DNA of 35,601 nt from Chthonomonadaceae bacterium (GCA_035650735.1 DASRGZ010000223.1:1-35601); one strand, 5' to 3'; shown: positions 27,069-35,409, counted from the first letter of the stretch. Program-made: numbers and translations. The notes: generated by a model not told the origin, from the letters alone.

Positions 27069-27994
27069 ATGCCGGCAGCAGGTCGGAGACGCCCATCTCG
27101 GTGCTGGTCGCCACGCGCGAGCGGCCTGAGGACCTGTTCGTCTGCCTGCGCAGCCTGCTCGCCCAGGACTACGGTTCTTATGAGATTGTGGTGCTGGATC
27201 AGAGCCCTTCCGAGGCGACGGAGCAGGCCGTGCGGCAGGCTTTTGGCACGCCGCAGCGGCTGCGGTTTCTCCGCTCGAATACGATGGGCAAGAGTCTGGC
27301 GATGAACCGGCTCATCGAGGCGGCGTGCGGCACGCTGCTGGCCTGTACCGACGACGATACCGAGGTCCCGCCCGACTGGCTGACCCGCATCGAGGCCGCT
27401 TTTCGCCAGAACCCGGAGGAGGATATTCTCTTCGGGCAGGTCGAGGCCAGCGAGGCCGCCCTGGCCATCTCCGATTCCCGCACGCCGGTGATCTCGTTTC
27501 CCGAGCGGCGCTGCGTGCCATTGGGCGAGGTCGCCGGCATGGGGGCGAATATGGCGATGCGCCGGGAGGTCGGGACGCGCGTTGGAGGCTTTGATGCGCT
27601 GCTCGGCCCCGGCGCTCCCTTCTGCGCTGCCGAGGAGGGTGATTTTGTCTATCGTGCCCAGCTGGGCGGCGCGCGCGTCTTTTTGGAGCCGTCGGTGACG
27701 CTGGTGCATCGGGCCTGGCGCACGCTGGAGGCGTGGGGCTGCATCCTCTATGGCTACGGAATAGGCGACGCCGCGTTTGCCCTCAAGCATGTGCGCTGCG
27801 GTGACGGGCGTATGGCCCGGCTGCTGGCTGGGCGACCCGCCTATATGCTGGCCCGGCTGTGCTATCGGATTCTGCGCCGCCGCTTCCATGAGGAGGAGCA
27901 CTATCTCCGGGGCTATGCGCAGGGCATCCGGCGCAGCCTGCGCTATCGGGTTGACCGCCGCACGCGCCTGTATCAACCGCAGCCCGGCCCGTGA
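27065..27994 (+). CDS. Glycosyltransferase family 2
   Basis: ISVLVATRER, EIVVLDQ, CTDDD (DxD), GANMA and GGFD. ATGA overlap with the sulfotransferase stop. Confidence 0.9.
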   Translation: MNAGSRSETPISVLVATRERPEDLFVCLRSLLAQDYGSYEIVVLDQSPSEATEQAVRQAFGTPQRLRFLRSNTMGKSLAMNRLIEAACGTLLACTDDDTEVPPDWLTRIEAAFRQNPEEDILFGQVEASEAALAISDSRTPVISFPERRCVPLGEVAGMGANMAMRREVGTRVGGFDALLGPGAPFCAAEEGDFVYRAQLGGARVFLEPSVTLVHRAWRTLEAWGCILYGYGIGDAAFALKHVRCGDGRMARLLAGRPAYMLARLCYRILRRRFHEEEHYLRGYAQGIRRSLRYRVDRRTRLYQPQPGP

Positions 27995-28005
27995 GGGGCG
28001 TTTTC

Positions 28006-28160
28006 TTTTCGGGCGGCTCAAGCAGCAGCAACAAAGGCACTAAACCCACCTGCGCGGGTTCGTTTTCCCCTCTCCCGCAGCGCCGGGAGCGGGGCCGGGG
28101 GTGAGGGCAGTCGGCGAAGGACTTTGTGCCCTGGTTGCCGCGAATTGATTCGCCCGCTAC
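28006..28160 (-). repeat. Second copy of element D, carrying one A hairpin (28067-28108)
   Basis: The reverse complement begins GTAGCGGGCGAATCAATTCGCGGCAACCAGGGCACAAAGTC and ends GTTGCTGCTGCTTGAGCCGCCCGAAAA. Confidence 0.9.
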
Positions 28161-28205
28161 TAAGAGGAACCGGCCCCACAGAGTCATTGACAGAGGTTTC
28201 GCGCG

Positions 28206-29630
28206 ATGACCGCAGAAAAGCTAAGCGCAGAAAAGAGCGCTGGAAGGGCCTATGACGCGCGGTTCTTAAGCAGGGTCGCGCACGGCCTGCTGGCGGGGCT
28301 GGGCGTGCTGGCGCTGATCCGGTTTATGCTCCTGCTGAGCCATAAGTACTGGCAGCCCGGCTTCTGCGATTTCGATCAAATCTACATGGCCGGGCTGGCC
28401 TGGCGTCGCGGCGTCGTGCCCTATGGCGTTGTGGAGCCGGCCTTCCATATGCCAAACGGCCCGGACAGCCATATCCTGCAGGCCTATTACTACACGCCGC
28501 TCGGCAGCATGCTCGCCGCTCCGCTCTCGCTGCTCTCCTTTCCGAGGGCCATCTTTCTCTGGAAGATAGGCGCGTTCGCGCTGCTGCTTTATGGCGTCTG
28601 GCGGTTCTCCCGGCTGACGCTGCCGGATTGGCCGCTCTCGCTGCACCTGTTCGGCCTGGGGGTGACGGCCCTGGCCAGCAGCGTGCGCTGGAATCTGCTT
28701 CTATTGCAGCCGACGGCCCTGATCGTCGGAGGGCTGTTGCTGTTTGCCTGCGCCGTGATAGAGGAGCGTTGGACGTCGGCCCTGCTGCTGGCCGTGCTGA
28801 TCAGCATCAAGCCCAGTTTCTTCCTGCCGGTGGTGGGGCTGCTGGCGTTTCGCGGGCGATATCGGCTGCTGGGGCTGGCGCTGGGCGCCATTCTCCTGCT
28901 GAATCTCGTGGCGCTCGCGCCGACCGGCCCACGCCGCACGCTGGCCGCCTACGCGGAGGCGATACGCAGCCTGGATCGTCCTGGCACGGAAAACGATCCC
29001 CGGGCGCTCGAATCCCTGGGTCCCTATCTGAATATGCGGCCCGACTCGCCCCTGGCGCATCATCCCCAGTGGAGTCACAAACGGGGCTTCTGGGCCGAGC
29101 AGCAGCTTTCCGGCGTTTTTCTCCTGAGCGCCTGGCTGCCGACGCTCTGGCAGGCAAGAGCGCTGCATGGGCTGTTGACCCTGCTCGCGCTGGGATTGTT
29201 AGCCCGGCTGTGGTGGCGAGCGCAGGTCGCCCAGCGGTACGCGGATCCGGCCTTTCTCGCGGCGCTCTTTGCCCTGCTGACCGGCCTGGCGCTGCTCAGC
29301 GTCTACCATCGGCGCTACGATGCCCTGGGGCTGATTCCGGCGGTCTACGTCGTCCTGGCAATGCTGCATAAAAACCCGCGCGATCTCGCCGCTTGGGCGG
29401 CGCTGGGGGCGGGCGGGCTTGGCGCCTATGTGCTGGCGGCGGGGATGGTCAACCTCTGGCTGTCTCGCCTGGTCGTGCCCTACGGCCTGCTCTTCCTGAC
29501 GCCCGTCTTCGGTTATCTGACGCTGGCCGTTTGCGTGGCGCTGTTTGTGGCGCTCTGGCGCGAGAGCCGGTCGCCTGTGCAGGCGCGGACGTCTACTTCG
29601 GCAGCAGGTCTTGCAGGTGCGGCGCTTTGA
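28206..29630 (+). CDS. Polytopic GT-C glycosyltransferase (GT87/DUF2029-like)
   Basis: DFDQIY after the first transmembrane helix, YYYTP, SIKP and YHRRYD, with many transmembrane helices. Confidence 0.75.
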   Translation: MTAEKLSAEKSAGRAYDARFLSRVAHGLLAGLGVLALIRFMLLLSHKYWQPGFCDFDQIYMAGLAWRRGVVPYGVVEPAFHMPNGPDSHILQAYYYTPLGSMLAAPLSLLSFPRAIFLWKIGAFALLLYGVWRFSRLTLPDWPLSLHLFGLGVTALASSVRWNLLLLQPTALIVGGLLLFACAVIEERWTSALLLAVLISIKPSFFLPVVGLLAFRGRYRLLGLALGAILLLNLVALAPTGPRRTLAAYAEAIRSLDRPGTENDPRALESLGPYLNMRPDSPLAHHPQWSHKRGFWAEQQLSGVFLLSAWLPTLWQARALHGLLTLLALGLLARLWWRAQVAQRYADPAFLAALFALLTGLALLSVYHRRYDALGLIPAVYVVLAMLHKNPRDLAAWAALGAGGLGAYVLAAGMVNLWLSRLVVPYGLLFLTPVFGYLTLAVCVALFVALWRESRSPVQARTSTSAAGLAGAAL

Positions 29631-29943
29631 CCAGGGCGCGCAGGTCGCCGGGATCGAGGACTTCGAGGAAGTAGGAGATGGGAGGGAGGGTAAGCAGGTT
29701 CAGGGCACGGCGGGCGTCGGCCTCCGGCAGAGGGCGCAGCCCATCCAGGTGCGTTTCGCTCACCTGAAGCAGTCGGGCATAGCTATAAAAGGTGATGCCC
29801 CAGGCCACGGAGACAGCCAGATCGGTGTGGATCAGGATGCTATCGTTAAGCGCAATGGCGCGCGCAAAGTGCTCGTCGAAGACCTCAAAGGTCGCTTCGA
29901 GCACGTCATCCTCCTCTTCATAGATCAGCTCGAACGAGGGCAT
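29593..29943 (-). CDS. Hypothetical protein
   Basis: 116-aa ORF with an AAGGAGAGG RBS and typical codon usage. It overlaps the GT87 gene convergently at the 3' end. Confidence 0.7.
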   Translation of the reverse strand: MPSFELIYEEEDDVLEATFEVFDEHFARAIALNDSILIHTDLAVSVAWGITFYSYARLLQVSETHLDGLRPLPEADARRALNLLTLPPISYFLEVLDPGDLRALVKAPHLQDLLPK

Positions 29944-30172
29944 GGCCTCTCCTTGTCACAGGGGTATAGAAACAGGATGCCGTGGAGGCGAACTCCCGCC
30001 TCCGTAGTGTAACACAGCGCGGCAGCGCCTGTCAAACGAAGAACGATGCGCCAGGGCCATAGCCTTTTCCTTTCTGCGCGTCTATGCCTGTCCGCTCAGC
30101 GGAGAGAGGCAATGCGGTGCGTGCAATCGCCCCGCGGTGCGCTTGCTGATAATAAAGAAATCCACACAGGGG

Positions 30173-30201
30173 TTGAAAGTCTAGCCAGATCGCGCCATAA
30201 T
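30173..30201 (+). promoter_or_regulatory. Sigma70-type promoter candidate
   Basis: TTGAAA-17 bp-CATAAT upstream of the 30244 ORF. Confidence 0.5.
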
Positions 30202-30243
30202 GCAAATACCGGGCATTAACTCCACAGTGGAAGATCGCTTGTC

Positions 30244-31401
30244 ATGAGAGCCCTGCCGCCTTTGTGCCGGCGGCCTGCCGAAAGGAGCCTGATCGTGTGC
30301 CATACCCTTGCCTGCGTCTATCGCACGCTCCTGGGAGTACCGTGTCGGCCTCGCGCCATTTTGCTTTGCCTACTGTTGCCAATGGTGGGGATGGCGTTGT
30401 GCGGCTGTGGCGATGACAAAGACGAGCTCAAGCCCCTCAAGATCGACCGCATGGCTCCGGACCCGCAGTTTCTCGCCGGGACCAGCCCTGTGCCCACGTA
30501 CACCGAGCATCCGGCTCCCGTGCAGCCGACCGAGGCGCTCAAGAACGTGGTGCCGATTGCCGACCCCAATAGTGGCGTCGTCAGCACTCCGATAGCCCCT
30601 GCCGGGGCCGACCTTGATATGGGCGCTCAGGACAGGGATTACCTGCGTAAGGTAGATGTGTACTGGATGCTCCGGTGGGTGCGCAAAGAGCTGCTGACCG
30701 GCCCGCCGCCGCCGAACATGGCCGAAGCCCTCGCCAAAATTCGCAAGAGTCATGCCGATACCAGGCGAGACGCCGATTACGATTTGACTGAAGAGGCCCT
30801 CCACCACCTGGAGAAGGGGTGGGAGTTCTATCAGGCCATTCAGATCTTGCAGGCGGCGCACGTGACCACACGCCTGCTGCCCTGGGGCGCGGGCGGGGAT
30901 GCAATGAAACGGTTTATTGAGAACGGTGGCGTCGGGTTCGGCGCCAAGCGAACCAGCTCCGCGACAGACCTGGCCCAACGTGACGGAGAGGATGAAGACG
31001 ATTTGGGAAGCGCGGTTGGCACGCGGCCTCTGGTGTCTGAGGCGCTGACCCCGATCCAGCAGCAGGCCATGGACATCATGCGGCGCTACGCCGATCTTTA
31101 CCATGCTTCCCCGGAGCAGATGATGCGCCAGGAGCTTCGAGCGGCCATTCAGAAGATCAACGACTTGCGGGAGAGCCTGCGCCGGCACCCGTCCGTCGTG
31201 CGCCATCCCGGCTTGAACAATCCCGCCGAGAAGAGCGACGACGAGTCCAGCACAGAACCGAGCGGCAAAATCAACAGCAGCATGGCCGAACGGGGCGTGC
31301 GCGATGTCGTGCCTATCCCGCGCGTGGGCAGCGATACCTCTGATTTAGACGACGAAACGCCGCACGGCCCGAATCCGTTCAATTCTTCCAACGATCAGTA
31401 G
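30244..31401 (+). CDS. Hypothetical lipoprotein (true start probably downstream of 30244)
   Basis: A hydrophobic stretch ends in lipobox-like ALCGC-G, followed by a Pro-rich linker, a helical core and an acidic tail. Confidence 0.6.
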   Translation: MRALPPLCRRPAERSLIVCHTLACVYRTLLGVPCRPRAILLCLLLPMVGMALCGCGDDKDELKPLKIDRMAPDPQFLAGTSPVPTYTEHPAPVQPTEALKNVVPIADPNSGVVSTPIAPAGADLDMGAQDRDYLRKVDVYWMLRWVRKELLTGPPPPNMAEALAKIRKSHADTRRDADYDLTEEALHHLEKGWEFYQAIQILQAAHVTTRLLPWGAGGDAMKRFIENGGVGFGAKRTSSATDLAQRDGEDEDDLGSAVGTRPLVSEALTPIQQQAMDIMRRYADLYHASPEQMMRQELRAAIQKINDLRESLRRHPSVVRHPGLNNPAEKSDDESSTEPSGKINSSMAERGVRDVVPIPRVGSDTSDLDDETPHGPNPFNSSNDQ

Positions 31402-31410
31402 CGAGCTTGC

Positions 31411-31823
31411 CTAACCCCCAGCTTGTGGCCCTCCCCCCCGGCCCACTGCTAGGGTCGGGGCTACAACGGACTGCCAGGGACGCCGCTCAACGGTTCGCGG
31501 CTCTGCCTTGCGACACCCCTCCGCCTGGCGCCCCCCGGCGCTGCGGCAGAGGGGAGCGGCCCCCACCCCCTTCCCACTGCTAGGGGCGGCGCTGCAACGG
31601 TTCGCCCCACTGCAAGGGTCGGCAAGGTTACGGCCCTTGCCTCCGCCTTGCGACACCTGGCGACAGCCCTCCGCCTAGCGATCCCCAACAACAGGGGAGG
31701 GGAGAGGAAAGCGTTGGCTTCTGCTTCCCCTTCTCCCTGCAAGGGAGAAGGGCCGGGGATGAGGGCGGCCCTACACCCTACACCCTATCCCCTACACCCT
31801 ACACAAGGAGACGGGGTGAGGTC
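31411..31823. repeat. Composite cluster: two A hairpins each split by element C (31444-31530, 31575-31682), an intact A hairpin, and a CCCTACA heptamer run (31769-31803)
   Basis: Module sequences are shared with 4352-4415, 6365-6459 and 18827-18957. There are five heptamer units, one being the variant CCCTATC. Confidence 0.9.
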
Positions 31824-31838
31824 TTCCCGGAAGAAAAA

Positions 31839-32312
31839 TCATTCGCCGCCGTAGATCGAAGCGTAATAGTCCCAGGCGGGGTCAGTGGCGATGCGGATCA
31901 TGGCGACCTGCCCCGCATGGTAGAAATCTTCGGAGGAGAGATAGGCCACTCCGCGCCCGAGCTTTTGCTTGCCGCCATAGCTGCAGACCTCCGTATCCAG
32001 CGGCGCACCGGCATAGCGGCCCTGGATATAGGCACAGAGCGCTGTGAACGACTCTTCCAGCAGGACGCGCAGGCGGGCGATGTCCCGCTCTGACTCCTGA
32101 AGGGCATCGTAATCCGGCTCCTCGCCCGTCTGTAAGGACTGGAGTGCGGCGCGGTCGTCGGTAATCAGGTGCGCCAGCGTCTCCCGGATTGTCTTGCACT
32201 CCGGCCCCGGCCTCCAATCCCACTGGTCTTCCCGCAAACCGTTCAGATGCTTGAGAAAGAACTGGCGCGAGGCGCGCACGCCATTCAGCACATCATCCAG
32301 AGTGAAAGCCAT
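31839..32312 (-). CDS. DinB-family protein
   Basis: QWDWRPGPECKTIRETLAHL...FYHAGQV. ATG 32312 follows AAAGGAG. Confidence 0.8.
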   Translation of the reverse strand: MAFTLDDVLNGVRASRQFFLKHLNGLREDQWDWRPGPECKTIRETLAHLITDDRAALQSLQTGEEPDYDALQESERDIARLRVLLEESFTALCAYIQGRYAGAPLDTEVCSYGGKQKLGRGVAYLSSEDFYHAGQVAMIRIATDPAWDYYASIYGGE

Positions 32313-32625
32313 CCTCGTTCTCCTTTCCCTGTAGATCATTGGCGGGCGGAAGCGCCGCATTTCCAGGGGGACGCCCCGTCCCGCGCGTTCCCGTCGCAGA
32401 CTGCGCCAATTTCCGATAGAGAGCCGCCCCAGCTGCCTCCTGTCGGCGCGTTTGAGATAGAGTAGCCATCAAAGCACTAGATCGCGCCATTGCTGCCTCC
32501 CGCGAAGAGGCAGGGAAGCAACTGAGGCTCGTCGAACTATGGCGCCACAAGCGGCCCATTATAACATGATTGAGACATAAAGGCAAGTACTTTTGTATAC
32601 TTTTTTGGCTAAGGAGAGAGCTTTT

Positions 32626-34764
32626 TTGGCAAGTGCAGTTCAGCTCAGCGCCGGCCAGCGCGCGGCGGTGCAGCACGAGGACGGGCCTGCCGCCGTCTAT
32701 GCCGGGCCGGGCAGCGGCAAGACGCGGGTTGTGGCCCTGCGCGCCGCCCGGTTGGCAGGGCAGGGCAGGCGCCTGCTGGTGACCACCTTTACCAACGACG
32801 CCACGGAGGAGATGAAGGCGCGCATCGCGCCCATGATTCCCAAAGAAGGGCCTGGCGCGGCGCACATCACGACCATGCATGCGCTCTGCCTGCACATTCT
32901 GCGGGCGCAGGGCGAGAAATTCCAGCTGCTTACCGACGAGTTCCTGCGCCGCAATCTGGCCGAAACCGCCCAGGCTGCCGAACTGGAGGGCGGCATCGGC
33001 GGCTTCCTGACGCGCGTTTCCTATCAGAAGAACGTCGGCGTCACCGCCGCCGCCTACAAGCACGATGGCTCTTCCGAGGATAGGGACTTTGCGCGGACGT
33101 GGCGTGCCTATGAGAAGGCCAAGCTCGAAAAAGGACTCCGCGATTTCGACGACCTGATCCTGGACGCGCTGGCGCTGCTGGAAAAGGACGAGGCGCTGCG
33201 CCGCCGGGTCGCCGCCCAGTATACGCATATCATCGTGGACGAGTGCCAGGACATGAACGCGCCCCAGTACGCAATTGCCTTCGCGCTGGGTCGGGACCAC
33301 AAGAACCTGATGCTGGTCGGCGACCTGGATCAATCGCTCTACGGCTTTCGCGGGGCCGATACGCAGACGTTTCGGCACTTTGCCGCCCATCCGCAAACGC
33401 AGGTCTATGAGCTGCGCGAGAACTACCGCTGCACGCGCTCTATTCTGACCTTTGCCGACAGCCTGATACGGCAGGATGCCGAGCGGCGTGCCCTCACCTT
33501 TGTGCCCACGCGCCCGGAGGGTGAGCCCGTCACCTGGCATCGCTACCCCGATCCCGACCTGGAGGCGTTGGCGGTCGGGGAGCAGATACTGCGGCTGGTC
33601 CGGCGCGGCGCTAAATACAGGGAGATTGCCGTCCTGTATCGGGCCAACGCGCAGAGCGAGGCGTTCGAGCGTCACTTTGCCGCTCTCGGCATCCCCTACT
33701 CCCTCCGCGAGGACGGCGACTTCTACGCGCGCAAAGAGGTGCAGGGTCTCCTGGCTTACCTGAACTTTTTCACTGCCGACCGGTCCACCTCCGGGGGAAC
33801 CGACCTCACCCCCTCTCCCGGTGGACCTAACCCCCCGTCCCCCTTCCCTTGTAGGGACGGGAGGGACCCAACCTGGGATGGTTGTGGCCCTCACCCGCTG
33901 TCCCCCTTTCCCACGCTGCGGGAGAGGGAAAGCGGAAAAGCCGGGTCACCCCCTTCCCTCGCAGGGAAGGGGGCCGGGGGGTTAGGTAACGGTTACGAAG
34001 ATGAATGGCTGCTGGCCCTGCTCAACGTGCCCAACCGCAAGCTCTCGCGGATGGTTGGCGCGCAGCTGCGCAACTGGGCCGAGATACGCGGCAAGCGCAT
34101 CTGGGATATCCTGCCGGAGTTCCACGCCGCCGACCTGAAGACCCATCGCACCCTGCGCCAGCTTCGCCAGGAGCTACAGCGTATCGCGGAGAAGCTGCCC
34201 TCCATTACCAACGCGGGCGAGGCGATCCGCATTATCCGCGCCGTCACCGATTTCGACGGCTGGCTGCGCCGCAGCGAGCAGGACGACCGCGATAACGACC
34301 GCATCCAGAACGTGCAGCGAATGCAGGCAGCCGCCGCGCACTACCCTACCATTGCGGAATACCTGGCCGCCGTACAGCGCGTGCGGGAGGAGGCCGCACG
34401 GCGTAAGGCAGAGCGGGCGAAAAAGCGCCGGGAGCAGGACGAGGTGACGCTGGGGACCGGCCACTCGGCTAAGGGATTGGAATGGCGCTATGTGTTTGCG
34501 GTCGGGTGGTCGGAGGAGCTGCTGCCGCATCGAAAGGCGGAAGACATTGCCGAGGAGCGGCGCATCGCCTATGTCATCGCCACGCGCGCACGCGACCTGC
34601 TGGTCATCTCCTCGCCGGATACCTGGAATGATGCCGCTGTGGCGCCTTCGCGCTTCCTGACCGGGCTGCAACTGGCTGCGACGTCGCTTCCCTCGGAGGC
34701 GCCCCTCGACACCGAACCGGAGCCTGAGCCGGACGAGGCGCTCGGCGGCCTGTTCATGGTATGA
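32626..34764 (+). CDS. UvrD/PcrA/Rep-family SF1A DNA helicase with an in-frame repeat insertion
   Basis: Q-motif LSAGQRAAV, AGPGSGKT, TFTN, VDECQD, VGDLDQSLYGFRGA, LRENYR, VLYRAN, HSAKGLEW and EERRIAYVIATRAR. TTG 32626 follows AAGGAG. Confidence 0.93.
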   Translation: MASAVQLSAGQRAAVQHEDGPAAVYAGPGSGKTRVVALRAARLAGQGRRLLVTTFTNDATEEMKARIAPMIPKEGPGAAHITTMHALCLHILRAQGEKFQLLTDEFLRRNLAETAQAAELEGGIGGFLTRVSYQKNVGVTAAAYKHDGSSEDRDFARTWRAYEKAKLEKGLRDFDDLILDALALLEKDEALRRRVAAQYTHIIVDECQDMNAPQYAIAFALGRDHKNLMLVGDLDQSLYGFRGADTQTFRHFAAHPQTQVYELRENYRCTRSILTFADSLIRQDAERRALTFVPTRPEGEPVTWHRYPDPDLEALAVGEQILRLVRRGAKYREIAVLYRANAQSEAFERHFAALGIPYSLREDGDFYARKEVQGLLAYLNFFTADRSTSGGTDLTPSPGGPNPPSPFPCRDGRDPTWDGCGPHPLSPFPTLRERESGKAGSPPSLAGKGAGGLGNGYEDEWLLALLNVPNRKLSRMVGAQLRNWAEIRGKRIWDILPEFHAADLKTHRTLRQLRQELQRIAEKLPSITNAGEAIRIIRAVTDFDGWLRRSEQDDRDNDRIQNVQRMQAAAAHYPTIAEYLAAVQRVREEAARRKAERAKKRREQDEVTLGTGHSAKGLEWRYVFAVGWSEELLPHRKAEDIAEERRIAYVIATRARDLLVISSPDTWNDAAVAPSRFLTGLQLAATSLPSEAPLDTEPEPEPDEALGGLFMV
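33802..33986. repeat. A/B-module composite repeat inside the helicase coding sequence
   Basis: 33865-33884 matches rc of 4327-4346 at 19/20. 33887-33928 closely matches rc of the 4221-4264 hairpin. CCCCCTTCCCT-CGC-AGGGAAGGGGG hairpin at 33949-33973. Confidence 0.9.
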
Positions 34765-34881
34765 CCGGATACTCCCTCCCATCAAGAGGCCCTTGCCCTG
34801 GAGAAGCCATAGCCTACAGCAATAGCCTCAAGCTCAGAAGAACCGCTTTCTCTGCTTCCGCGATTGAAGAAAGTTGGGGCA

Positions 34882-35409
34882 TTAAGAAACGTTCATGCGT
34901 TTCAGCACCCAGGCTGCCAAAGAACGCACATCTTCATCTTCATCTCCATCTAACAGGTAGAGAAGCCGTTGACCCTCCAGGTCAATACGAGGAACCCCTT
35001 TTCTAATTGGAGCAAAGAGCCATTCCTTCAAATCCTGCGTAGGGTTCCAGGTGTGAATGGCAGCAAATACAGGGATAGGAGCCGTAGCATCCTCTAGCCG
35101 CTTGCCTGCTGCAAGATAGCCCTGTCTGAATAGCGTGGTGGTTTTGCCAGCGCCGGGAGGTCCCAGTAAGAGCACACGGCGTTCTAGCTTATCAAAAGCC
35201 TCCTGGAAATCGGGAAAAACCTGTTCATCGGAAACCTGGGGTAAAGCGGCTTCTGAACTTAAGGAAGGGGGAATACAATAGCTGGCAAACAAATCAAAGC
35301 TGTCCACGTAATCGGGGGAGTTCATGGCAGCCAGTGGTTGAATATTTTTCAAGCGGGCAGCCAGGTAGTGTCCCTCTACAGAGTTGATAAGGTCATCGGC
35401 GACGAAGTA
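34882..35409 (-). pseudogene. Degraded NACHT/STAND NTPase gene with a large internal deletion
   Basis: Walker A LLLGPPGAGKTTTL, APIPVF and Walker B start LLYLLDG join directly to HEAT-like DEDEDVRSLAAWVL and a stop. An in-frame TGA lies upstream at 35410-35412. The DNA is visibly lower in GC. Confidence 0.7.

Noticed and set aside
30159..30230. DnaA-box-like words (AATCCACAC, ACTCCACAG)
   Set aside because: Both mismatch TTATCCACA at two or more positions, and there is no cluster or origin-type gene context.
32586..32601. AGTACTTTTGTATACT as a LexA/SOS box before the helicase
   Set aside because: It is a single imperfect instance, I saw no matching box before recO or mug, and TATACT may simply be a -10 element.
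33772..33996. Intein or self-splicing intron in the helicase
   Set aside because: It is too short, has no C/S...HN-C/S/T intein ends or group I/II intron features, and the sequence is explained by the local repeats.
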